The position numbers were made by a program, and so were the translations under genes. The notes beneath the pieces are model-generated. The model saw only the letters and a list, made by a program, of their open reading frames with translations. It searched no databases and was not told the origin of the DNA. From Octopus sinensis (lineage: Eukaryota), in the NCBI RefSeq assembly GCF_006345805.1, contig NW_021824711.1:1-36930 (forward strand): a DNA stretch of 36,930 nt, read 5' to 3'. This document shows, piece by piece, positions 1 to 10,720 of the stretch; the first letter of the stretch is position 1; each line of letters starts with the position of its first letter.

Positions 1-966
1 TTGTGATTTAAGAATTTGAGCTCTGGATATCATATAGTGCCATTGTCATTGTTATCATTGTCATTGTTATTTTAATGTCCACTATGCATGCATGGGTCAA
101 ACAGAATTTGTTGAGGCAGATTTTCTAAGGTTGAATGTGCTTGATATTAATTTCTGATCCTTAACTGGTTCTCCAGAGGTTGAACTGATTGTTGGTGTTC
201 AACCTCTGGTCTGTAGAGACCATATGAGGAAGACTTTGATGCTGTTTTCAGAGTGATGGTTCCCTCGTTGCCTCTTTAGAACAATTCAATACATTTATCT
301 TTTTTATTATTATTTTATTATTTTATTTATATTATTTACAAATTCTCGGGCCTTGTCAAGTAAGGATCCCAACTTTGAGGGGTAGGAGTTCACAATATTG
401 AACTGTACGAATTTAGCTCTAGATTTATCCCTAGTGTCTTTGAACAAGTTAATAATTGTTTTAATACCAGGCCATTGTTGGAACTCATCACTTATCTTTC
501 TAAACTTTTTTATATGCTTTTGTAATTTTTTGCTTCTAAGGTCTCTCTCTGACTTAGTTGGGTTTGTCAGTCATATTTTCTAGTGATTTGTATATTACCA
601 GGAGTCATGTTTTGCAGTATGCAGCTTGATTAATGAATAAGGTGATTTAGTTTCATTTACCTCAAACAAATTATGATGTTTCCCCCAAACATAAAGCTGA
701 GTTGCTACTAATACCAATTAAGTTGCTATATATAAAAATAATACTTATAACTCTTATAAATTGAGTGCTTTCACTAGCTGAACCTTATCCAAGAACAAAC
801 AGCATGCATGTGTACATACATGTGTGTGTGTGTGTTGTGTGTGTGTGTGTGTGTGTGGTGTGTGTGTGTGTGTGTGTGTTTGTGTGTGTGTGTACAGGAG
901 ATAGACAAATAAATAGACAAGCCATTAGACAGGCAGACAGACAGACAGATAGATAAGTAAGCTTAC

Positions 967-1091
967 TTAGCAAGAGTTGGGACATCATATCCAGCATCAA
1001 TTTTTGATTTTCCAGCAGCTACTGCACATGTCAGAATGAGTGGTGTCTGCCCTGTTTCTGTTGCTTCTTTGTCAAATGCTGCTCGTAATTC
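967..1091 (-). CDS. GH18 chitinase catalytic-domain exon (third visible exon; gene continues off the left edge)
   Basis: Encodes ELRAAFDKEATETGQTPLILTCAVAAGKSKIDAGYDVPTLA(K), typical of the GH18 beta5-alpha5 region. Acceptor aataaacAG| before 1091 and donor AA|GTAAGC after 967. Phase 0 start matches the phase 0 end of exon 4488-4725. Confidence 0.93.
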
Positions 1092-2039
1092 CTGTTTATT
1101 AAAGAAAATATTGGAAGACAAATTATTAGACATAAATTGCAAATAGCTTTCAGTCAAATGATATTTTTATTTCCCTGCAAGATCATAGGTTATGTTCTGT
1201 ATAAGCACCACTGATTTTTCATGCATTCTTCAAATTTTCTTTTTGCATCGCCCAACTGATGCCAGTATTGTCTAACAGATGTTAAAGGATAATGGTGTTT
1301 AATAGTTGGCTTTTAAAGAAACAGAGAATGCATATACAAGTATTGGTAAATGCTAGGATGTCTGTATGTAAGTGTGTATGTTGTATGAATAAAAAATATG
1401 GGATGCTTTAGATAACTAATATTGATATGTACTCCAATCAGAACATTGCTTCACCTGACATCAGAGTTCCATGGACATGCAGGAATTTGGACTCTACTAC
1501 TCCATATTAGTATATTGCTTGTTGGCACAAATTGACAGTCAATTAAATTGATCACAATACTGAGTGGTACATTGTTTTATCAGCCCAAGAAATATGAAAG
1601 GTAAAATTGACATAAGTGGAATTTGAACCCAGAACATAAAGAACCAAAAAAATACAGTGTCCAACACCCCTAATGATTCTGCCAATCCACTGGCCCGCTG
1701 ATACTGCATATAATGATATATTTAGAATAGTAAAAGAAGAAAAAGAAATCAAAGATTCTAAAGATGATTCATAATGCCATACTGCTTTACAGCTTTTAAT
1801 GCCTAGAATCTTTCATATATTTAACCCTCTTAGAACTGGGCCCCTGTGTCTAACTTTATCCTCCATCTAGGTTTCTGAGCAAAAAAATAGTTGCATACAC
1901 AGTTCCAGAGTAATAATTGCAGGCAAACTAATGGACAGAATCACAAAAGAATTCAGGAGAATAACAATAATAGTCCTATATCTCAACTACCAAATTTGTT
2001 CACCAGAATTGCTACTTTCTTCATCACTTTCAATAGTTT

Positions 2040-2178
2040 GTCTGAATCACTCCCATTGTCTGCATAAGGGTAAACTCTTTGTCTAAAGAGCTATTAGATC
2101 GAGAGGTAAAAGCGCAAAGAGAGGCTGTGTGCAGGATGGGTGAAGCAGCAGAAAGAACCTCTTGCTGATTATGTACAA

Positions 2179-2264
<86 letters not shown>

Positions 2265-2957
2265 GGGAGTTAAACTGGAAGACGAGAGCAGAAAACAACA
2301 CGTCTCTCTCCAGCCTCAACTTCCTTTTTAAGTGAAACTTGAAAAAATTGATGAGGGATTGGCAAAAGAGGAAAGTGTCTGACTTTAGCCCTTTCAGACA
2401 AGTCCACCATACTACCTCTTTTGCTACATCCACCGGACAAATAAAAACTGCCTGCCCCTCCCAGTCAAAGGAGAGCAGTGGGGCAATCTTTGCTATGGAT
2501 TCAGCTGATAGCTGGATCCATCCTACACACAACAGCAGGCATTTGACATAAACCCCACAGGTCAGCAATACTTGGGCACTGGATGAGGGCATGCAGAATA
2601 GTTTCATCACTCTGCACAGACTTCAGGCAGGCCTGTCTGATAGCACTTCTGTGCCTGTAGAGTTTATCCCAAAACAGGTAGCACCTTTCGGTAGCGCTGC
2701 TAGGCAAGGGATTTCTGGAAGTTATCCAAAGGTCCAGGCCTGAAAGTTCTCCAAAACAGACTAGTTAATTGATCCTTGTCAACCCCCAGAGTTTCTCCAA
2801 AAACATCATTGCACTTTCCCTCCACTAGCCCTCTATAGAACGCTAGAGTGGAACTACCACCGACCGCATTGCTCACCTGGTGGAGAGATGTCAGTGCTTG
2901 ATGGCACTTCAGGTGCCAATCACCCCTCCTCAGTCTACACCTAATCCAGGATTGCAA
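2040..2957 (-). mobile_element. L1/Tx1-type LINE 3' fragment, decayed, with an internal (GA)n tract
   Basis: Minus-strand frames give ETLGVDKDQLTSLFWRTF, a C-terminal zinc-knuckle-like CLKSVQSDETILHALIQCPSIADLW, and LINFFKFHLKRKLRLER. Frameshifted. Same family as 33690-34300. Confidence 0.7.
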
Positions 2958-2959
2958 TC

Positions 2960-3020
<61 letters not shown>

Positions 3021-3026
3021 GTAATA

Positions 3027-3081
<55 letters not shown>
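2958..3081. repeat. (AAT)n microsatellite
   Basis: Long near-perfect AAT run. Confidence 0.95.
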
Positions 3082-3083
<2 letters not shown>

Positions 3084-3084
3084 T

Positions 3085-3750
3085 AACAGGTATACTGGTG
3101 GGTATAATGGAAATACTGATGGGTATACTGGGATTCGTATATTTTGCCCCAGAGTCACTTTGATGGCTGGCACTGCTCTCTCACTCAATAATAATAATAA
3201 TAATAAATGCCCTGATGCAGTACCAGGCAATGGCTTTCATGGCTTCTCATCTTAACTGATTGGAAGTGTTATCATGTACATTGCTTTGTCTTGGTATAAA
3301 AGATGGGCTACAGCAAATATTCTGCTCAATACCACAGATTTGCTTGTCAGTCAGTTGCTTGACCTTCACCAGCTGAACATGTCCCTTAGTGGCTGATGAT
3401 ATGTACATCTCTAATCATGATCAAGAATAGTGGGGAAGCATCATAGCCATGTGTTGAGAGGAATTTTGGTTGGGGTTTGAATAATTCACCGCTGGAAACA
3501 TGAAAGTTTCATTCATCATCCTTAAACCTTATTCAGGGACCTCCTGAGCATGATGGGCTACTCAACCTGAAGAAAATTCTAACTGGACTCCACTTGCAAG
3601 GTCATGCACTGTTTATCTTGACATAAGATCATCATGTTATCACATGTGGTTGTAATGCATGTGCCTGGTGTACCCTCATCAGATGGGTAGTCATGATGGG
3701 TACTTTGGGCTTTGTATGTTTGTACCTCACTTTTATGGCATGCATTGCTC
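3085..3750. mobile_element. Non-coding interspersed repeat (SINE-like); partial copies at about 4075-4355 and 32880-33125
   Basis: The block gggctactcaacctgaagaaaattctaac...cttgataagagatcaccatgtc...ggtgtaccct...gatgggtagtcatgatg recurs three times in the window, usually next to AAT/GAT tracts. Confidence 0.65.
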
Positions 3751-3782
3751 TCTCACTCAATGATGATGATGATGTTGTTGTT

Positions 3783-4070
3783 GTTGTCAGAGCACTAACA
3801 ACCAAGTTCGAGAAATATGTCAAAGAAATCAGAATTGACATGAGAGCAGAACAAGCCCAAAAACATGCTCTGCTGGGGAAAAGCTAGGATTTTGAGATTG
3901 GTACTTGGATGTTGAATGCCTCCAACAATAATTAACCAAGTATCAAAGCTTCTAAAGTGCAAAACGAGACCCTGTGAGACTTCTGACAGTGGGTTGCTGT
4001 CCGCTCTCACAGAAACTAGCAGAACAAACAAGACGAAGCGTTCTGAGATGTAAAACGAAATTGGAGTTTG
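3783..4070 (+). mobile_element. R4/Dong-like RLE non-LTR retrotransposon 3' fragment
   Basis: VRALTTKFEKYVKEIRIDMRAEQAQKHALLGK resembles the extreme C-terminus of R4-clade ORFs. Starts right after a (GAT)/(GTT) tract. Confidence 0.55.
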
Positions 4071-4487
4071 GATAACTCACCTTTAGTAACATGGGTGCTT
4101 TGTTCATCATCCTTAAACAACCTTAATTCAGGGACCTTTTGAGTAGAATGGGCTACTCAACCTGAAGAAAATTCTAACTGGGGCCCACCTGATAGGTCAT
4201 GTACTGTTAATCTTGATAAGAGATCACCATGTCACGCACATATGATTGCGATGCATGCACCTGGTGTACCCTTATCAGACAGGTAGTCATGATGAGCTTC
4301 ATATATTTTACCCCACCATGACTTTGATGGTATGCACTGCTCTCTTGCTCAGTAATAAGGATTTCAAATTTTGGCATCTGCCCAGGAATTTCGAGAAGCG
4401 GGTAAGTCAATTTCATTATAAAAATCTTCATGGTCATTATTGTCATATTTTTAGTATCCAATCCTAAAGTTAAAATATTATACTTAC

Positions 4488-4725
4488 CTTTACCCACTCA
4501 GCAAAATTAGCTTTGTCATTTGACTGTGGATATTCCCAGTCAATATCCAATCCATCGAATTTATGTTTTCTGAGATAAGTGATCGCCTGTGAAATAAAAG
4601 CCTTTCTGTTTCCTGGTGCAGAAGCTATGGCAGAAAAAGGCGAAGTACCCACATTATATCCACCTACAGTTAGAATAACCTTTAAACCAGGGTTAGTTTT
4701 CTTGAAATTAATCACTTGTTGGTAC
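4488..4725 (-). CDS. GH18 chitinase exon containing the catalytic DxxDxDxE motif
   Basis: Encodes (M)YQQVINFKKTNPGLKVILTVGGYNVGTSPFSAIASAPGNRKAFISQAITYLRKHKFDGLDIDWEYPQSNDKANFAEWVK. Acceptor tttttttcttctcAG| and donor AAG|GTAAGT. 238 nt; its first base completes the AT left by exon 8260-8446 to give ATG. Confidence 0.97.
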
Positions 4726-4782
4726 CTGAGAAGAAAAAAAAAAACATTTATAAAGATTAAATAAAAACACAAAAGCACTTAT

Positions 4783-4891
4783 ATATATATACATATATAT
4801 ATATAATATTTGGGAGTATAACTCCAAACTTACTGGGAAAAATTCAATTTAGTATTAAATCGAATTTCCCAATATAAATATATAAAATATA

Positions 4892-4953
<62 letters not shown>

Positions 4954-5052
4954 TATATAGAAGGAGCTTCTACAGGACTAGAACTGTTTCATTCAAGAGA
5001 AATCTTATTTACTGTGGTTAACCCCGAATCAACCCGGGACCTACATATATAT

Positions 5053-5105
<53 letters not shown>

Positions 5106-5114
5106 TATATATAT

Positions 5115-5187
<73 letters not shown>

Positions 5188-5205
5188 CACACATATATAT
5201 ATATA
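4783..5205. repeat. Interrupted (TA)n microsatellite cluster with short unique inserts
   Basis: Several long TA runs separated by 60-90 nt inserts. Confidence 0.9.
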
Positions 5206-5370
5206 GGCGCAGGAGTGGCTGTGTGGTAAGTAGCTTGCTAACCAACCACATGGTTGCAGGTTCAGTCCCACTGCGTGGCATCTTGGGCAAGTGTCTTCTG
5301 CTATAGCCCCGGGCCGACCAATGCCTTGTGAGTGGATTTGGTAGACGGAAACTGAAAGAAGCCTGTCGTA

Positions 5371-5415
<45 letters not shown>

Positions 5416-5627
5416 TTGTGTGTCTGTGTTTGTCCCCCTAGCATTGCTTGACAACCGATGCTGGTGTGTCTGCGTCCCTGCCACTTAGCGGTTCGGCAAA
5501 AGAGACCGATAGAATAAGTACTGGGCTTACAAAGAATAAGTTCCGGGGTCGATTTGATCGACTAAAGGCGGTGCTCCAGCATGGCCGCAGTCAAATGACT
5601 GAAACAAGTAAAAGAGAAAGAGAAAGA

Positions 5628-5630
<3 letters not shown>
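5206..5630 (+). mobile_element. Full-length tRNA-derived SINE
   Basis: Head GGCGCAGGAGTGGCTGTGTGG with A-box-like TGGCTGTGTGG and B-box-like GGTTCAGTCCC, internal TA/TG tract, tail gactgaaacaagtaaaagag. Near-identical to 12760-13183. Confidence 0.9.
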
Positions 5631-5706
<76 letters not shown>

Positions 5707-6190
5707 CAGAGAGAGGCAATTGTGCAGATAAACAAGTTAAATATAACAGCTTGTGTTTGATATACAAAATATATTTAATTTGTTTATCTGCATAATTGCC
5801 TCCATATCTGCTCACCTTTAGTCCTATTAGAGCCACTCTTTACTCCACAGAATTGGTCTCTCGTAAAACATTGGAGTCTAAGTTCGAATCATTTGAGCAT
5901 TACTAAGTGTCTTTTATACTGAGAATCTCTGGATCTCATCTGTTGACTATATATATATATATGTATATAATTTGACATCAGGAAGATGTCACTGACCCAT
6001 GACACCACTCTCTTTTGAAAACACAAGGTTTGCATGTAGTGTTTGAACTTGCTCACTTTTCATGTGCATAATAATGCTCACAAACACATCTTTGTGAAAA
6101 GCATGATGCACATGCAAAATGTTAACTCTCTGGGATATGAAAGGCACCCAAATTTGCCAGCCTGTCATTTGTTTCCCGAACGCAGCAAGC

Positions 6191-6795
6191 CTGCCAAGAT
6201 TGACATGAAATCAGAGAGGGCAAGGAATCGGATGTCTCCATGCTGGTCAACATCCATGGGTCATTGCTAATGACTGGAACTTCAGCATTCAGACAATTGA
6301 GCAGCTGAGGGAACAATACAATGCCACAGACAGCATGGATGATTATCCATGCAGTGGTTGACTGAGGGTTATAACAGCATATCAATCAAGATTACCACCT
6401 GCACTGACAGCACTTGCAGGACCAATTTTGGAAAGCAACAAACGTAGGCAGACCACAGGGACTAACCATAGACCCATTTGTGTGGAGACAGTTTGCCACC
6501 AGCTAAGATCTTCCAATCTGTCTTGTCAACATCCTACTAGAAGCTCCATCCTCACAGAGTGTCATTGACGGGCACATCTGTATTGGGCTCAAAAACGTCA
6601 GAACTGGCAATATCAGCAGTGGAGGACTGCTGTCTTCTCAGATATTGCATTTCTGTGGCATATGACAGAGCTAGGGTTTGGAGAAGAAGAGGGTGAACAT
6701 CATGCCAATAGATTTGTAGTGGAGAGAGGCTCATGGGGAGGACAGAGCATCATGATATGGGGCGGGACTGCACTCAAGCAGAAACTTGGACCAGG
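6191..6795 (+). mobile_element. Decayed Tc1-like transposase fragment
   Basis: Frameshifted remnants of the paired-HTH N-terminus (PRLT..Q; IQTIEQLREQYNATDSMDDYP) and the region GEHHANRFVVERGSWGGQSIMIWGG, matching the Tc1 'ERDRFGGGSVMVWGGI' motif. Confidence 0.7.
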
Positions 6796-7189
6796 AAATG
6801 ACGTTTTATCATTAGGAAAGAACGGTTCCTTAAATAGCATTCTTCAATCAATGCTATGGCAGTCTGTTAATAAACCAGTTTCTATTTAGTATGTGAGCGA
6901 CATTTCTTCTGTGGTTTAGTATGTGTGTGTGTGTATATATATATATTGTATAGTTTACTGTTCCATTAAGGTAAGATGAACGAAAACAGTGTTCCAGTCA
7001 TTGAGAGATAAATATCATTTAATATAAATGGTATTAAAATATATAGAATTCATATTTTTTCTGTCCAAATGATTTTGAAGACTGCAGAAAAATGATAATC
7101 AGAAGGAGCAATGCCTGATCATTTGAAATATGTGTAAGTGAATAAAGTGTCCTATGACTATAATTTTTCTACTCATATACTCTGTAATT

Positions 7190-8040
7190 CATCATCATCA
7201 TTTAGCATCCGTTTTCCATGCTGGCATAGGCTGGACAGTTTGACTAAGGTCTGGAGAGCCAGCAGCTGCACCAGGCTCCAATCTGATCTGGCAATGTTTC
7301 AACAGCTGGATGACCTTCCTAACGCCAACCACTCCGAGAGTGTAGAGGGTGCTTTTTATGTGCCACCAGCAGAAAACCTAGTCAGGCAGGCCTGGTATTG
7401 ATTATGTTCAGATAATGCTTTTTACATGCCACCAGCCCAGGAGCCAGCCAGGGAGTACTGGCATTGGCCATGTTCGGTTGGTGCTTTTCTACATGCCACC
7501 AGCATGAGAGCCAGTCAGGGGGTACTGGCATTGGCCACGTTCAGATGGTGCTTTTGATGTGCCACCAGCATAGTAGCAAGTCAGGCAGACCTGGCACTGA
7601 CCGCATTCGATGGTACTTTTTATGTGCCACCAGTATGGGAGCCAGTCAGGGAGTATTGGCCACAGCTATGATATTGGTTTTGCTTGACTCAACAGGTCTT
7701 CTCAAGCATATCATATCACACAATGCATCAGGGATACTTTTAACTGGGCTGCACATGTGTAGCTACAATCTCACTTTAGTTGCCGGGTCTTCTCAATCAC
7801 AGCATACCTCCAAAGATTTTGGTCTCCTTTCATTGCCTCTGTCAGGCTCAATGTTTGAAGGTCATGCTTCACCACCTCATCCTATGTCTTACCGGGTCTG
7901 TCTCTTCAACGGGTTCCTTCCACAGTTAGGGAGTGAGACTTCCTCACACAGCTGTCCTCATCCATACGTAGCATATGACCATACCAGTGCAGTCGTCTCT
8001 CTTGCACACCACATTTGATGCTTCTTATGCCCAACTTTTC
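7190..8040 (-). mobile_element. RTE-clade LINE 3' fragment (ORF end plus 3' UTR, (ATG)n tail)
   Basis: Homologous to the 3' end of the RTE at 27418-29241 (ccataccagtgcag..tctctcttgcacaccaca; ctggatg.ccttcctaac.c.aaccactccgagagtgtag), with a catcatcat tail. Confidence 0.8.
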
Positions 8041-8259
8041 ACCAAAATTACTAATTGAAATTACTAATTGATTGTTAACTTCAAATTTATATTTTACATA
8101 TCACACATCACACTGTTGATAAGAGGATTTTTGAAATAAAGAGTAAAAAGTTCAAACTGAATACAAGCCATGGTTACTAGACAGTTCCAAGGAGACTTAC
8201 AATAGGAGGCTTACTTTCATATTGTTTAAAAAGAAAAAAAAATACACAATCATACTCAC

Positions 8260-8446
8260 ATTCCTTCTCCACCATTTATAGAAAGATCACTGGTCTCCGT
8301 TGGAGCCAATGAATTACCAGTCAATTTTGCAAAAGCATAGTGGATGTGGGAGCAGAATGATGGGTCAATATTACTTGGTTTGAAACTGCCTTGTCCAGGT
8401 CTGTATTGGGCCCAGTTGGTGAAGTAGCAAATGCGCCGATAAGCTG
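8260..8446 (-). CDS. GH18 chitinase exon encoding the mature N-terminus
   Basis: Encodes (A)AYRRICYFTNWAQYRPGQGSFKPSNIDPSFCSHIHYAFAKLTGNSLAPTETSDLSINGGEG(M). Long polypyrimidine tract with tandem acceptor CAGCAG, phase 1 start, donor AT|GTGAGT. Confidence 0.96.
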
Positions 8447-8558
8447 CTGTTATGGTTGACATTAGAAAAAAAGAGAAGAAAGGAAAAGAAAACAATATTA
8501 CTTAAGCAGATGATGATATTGTAAGTAATAAAGAATTCACAATATTGTTAATGCTATC

Positions 8559-8590
<32 letters not shown>

Positions 8591-8969
8591 TATATATAAT
8601 AATTAGAGACAAAACCACTATTAGGCAACTCAAGCAGTGATAGACATAAACCAATACATAAATAACAAATAATATAAATATAATTAATATAATATCTAAT
8701 ATATATAATGTATAAGATTTAAAATTTTTTTAACCAAAAAGTATAAAAAGAATGATAAATATAATATAATAAGTAAAAACACTATGTATGTCTCATGGCT
8801 ATAATTAAATTCAAATTACAATTAAGTTTAAATTCAATTGAAATAAATTCGAACTAAAATTATAGTCAATCTTCAGGTTAATGATAATAGTTAAATAAAT
8901 AAGCAAATAGAATTAAACAATATTTTTTATGAAATAAATAAAATAATAATTTTTCTTATGTAAATATCT

Positions 8970-9235
8970 CTAGCCAGAAAACTGAAAAAGACACTGGAGC
9001 CTTCAGTCAAATGATCCGGGAGACTAAAAACAGTAAAGGTGACTTGACAGTGGTCTGGGTAGATTGGGAAAATGTGTATGAATCAGTTTCTCATGCCTTC
9101 ATATATGCAGCCCTAGGTCACTACCATATCCATCTGCACATCAAAGGAACAATCACCAGCTACTTTGGAGGAATCTAGTTGTGCTTCAAAATGGCCCACT
9201 TTACGACTTGGTGGCAAGACTTGGAGAAGAGAATT
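8970..9235 (+). mobile_element. Hero-like RLE non-LTR retrotransposon RT fragment
   Basis: FSQMIRETKNSKGDLTVVWVDWENVYESVSHAFIYAALGHYHI...FTTWWQDLEKRI resembles the Hero-type 'DLTVVWLDLANAYGSIPH' region. Contains a stop. Confidence 0.65.
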
Positions 9236-9689
9236 GGGATCTAGCTTTTTTCATTTGCAAAATATACATTTTTTAAAAGACAATGAAAAATCTGAAAATT
9301 GGTAGCCTTCTAGTCTCATTGCTTTGAATGTAGGATGTTGTGGGGGAAAAAAATGGAGAAAAATGTTACAGAGGTTTAAAAATCGAAAAAAATTGTATTT
9401 TTAGCCAATCGCGAGACAAATTTTCTGCATTTAGCGGAATGGTGTCGACTTTAAGGTTGTACCCTATGAAATTTAGAGTTTGGCGTCTGACCTGTTCATT
9501 TTGCAGATGAGGAAGACTAGATCCGGGAATTGTAACTGGCTTCACAATTTCTCCCCGTTCTTTTTATTGCAGAATGAACCTCCTAAAAACAGCTGCAGAT
9601 AAAGAAGTCCAAAGATCAACAATGGAGTCAGGCAGTCAACCACATCCACTAAGGATTTTGACGGACGGACGATCTTACAGTGATGATCA

Positions 9690-10720
9690 CAGCCCATATG
9701 GAGGCGGTGCATGATGCATTTCCAACGCCAACAAACCTGCACAGATGGGGTATGAAAGTGAATCAACTGTGTAGGCTTTGTAGAGAACGGGACACCCTGG
9801 CATATATCCTGGCAAGGTACAAAAGAGCACTTACCCAAAGGAGATATAAATTACGCCATGATAAGGTGTTGCAATACTCGCTCACTTCAACACATAGTAA
9901 CCTGGGCTAGAATGAAGTCTTAGCCTCAGAAATCTAGAAGTAAGGCGATATGAAATGGTAAATGAACGAACGAGATCAAGCTGCAAGTACAAGGAGAGGC
10001 TATTCCGTCAATTGAAGAAAATGTGATCAAATGCCTTGGGAATCGGTTTAACAATTCATTCTATGACAAGCAAAGTCAATAATTCTGAAAAGTAGACAGA
10101 GGAGTGACTGAGAAAGATTGAAAGACCGGGACTTCCAGGAAAATTCAGGGCATTGTTCTACCAACACGAACTGCTTCCAAGCACTCGAGTTCAGGGTGCA
10201 AGTGATTAGTCATCACTTCCGTCGCACAGGCTGAAAACATGCAGAAGGTATGCAACGCCGTTGGAATTACATGCACAGAACGACAGGATTTCGAGTTTTC
10301 CCGTTTCCAACAATGGAAGAAGGCAGATACCAAGGAAAGGAGGACTATGTTCCAGGCAGATGTACTCCACCAGAAAGCCTGGATTCAAAGGAAACTCCTT
10401 AAAAGGAAGATCACGTGGACAGACCCGTAGAGACTAGAGCCTTTCCACATCTCCTTCTTGCCGCGGGCGGTGTATGATGCACTTCCAGCGCCAGTAAACC
10501 TGCACAGATGGGCTATGAAAGTTAACCAACTGTGTAGGATTTGTAGAGAACGAGACACCCTGGCATATATCCTGGCGGGGTACAAAAGAGCACTTACCCA
10601 AGAAGATACAAATTACGCCATGACATGGTGTTGCAACACTCGCTCACACTCTGGAACAGGAAAGACACAAAAAAGTGCCACGTACTCTGCCTCGGACTGC
10701 GTTTGATCCAGAACAACAGT
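9690..10720 (+). mobile_element. Hero-like RLE element C-terminal fragments; the CCHC region is present twice
   Basis: KIERPGLPGKF and AVYDALPAPVNLHRWAMKVNQLCRICRERDTLAYILAGYKRALTQ. About 9699-9885 repeats about 10465-10650. Confidence 0.65.

Noticed and set aside
1-960. Next GH18 exon (expected YLDFIxxMxYD)
   Set aside because: No such motif found on the minus strand; the exon probably lies beyond the window's left edge.
4970-5020. Minus-strand ...gaat-GAAA-cagttc motif resembling a hammerhead 3' half
   Set aside because: The CUGANGA box is not recognisable, so the motif is too degenerate to call.
5206-5290. tRNA-like A/B boxes as a tRNA gene
   Set aside because: No cloverleaf; it is the head of a multi-copy SINE.
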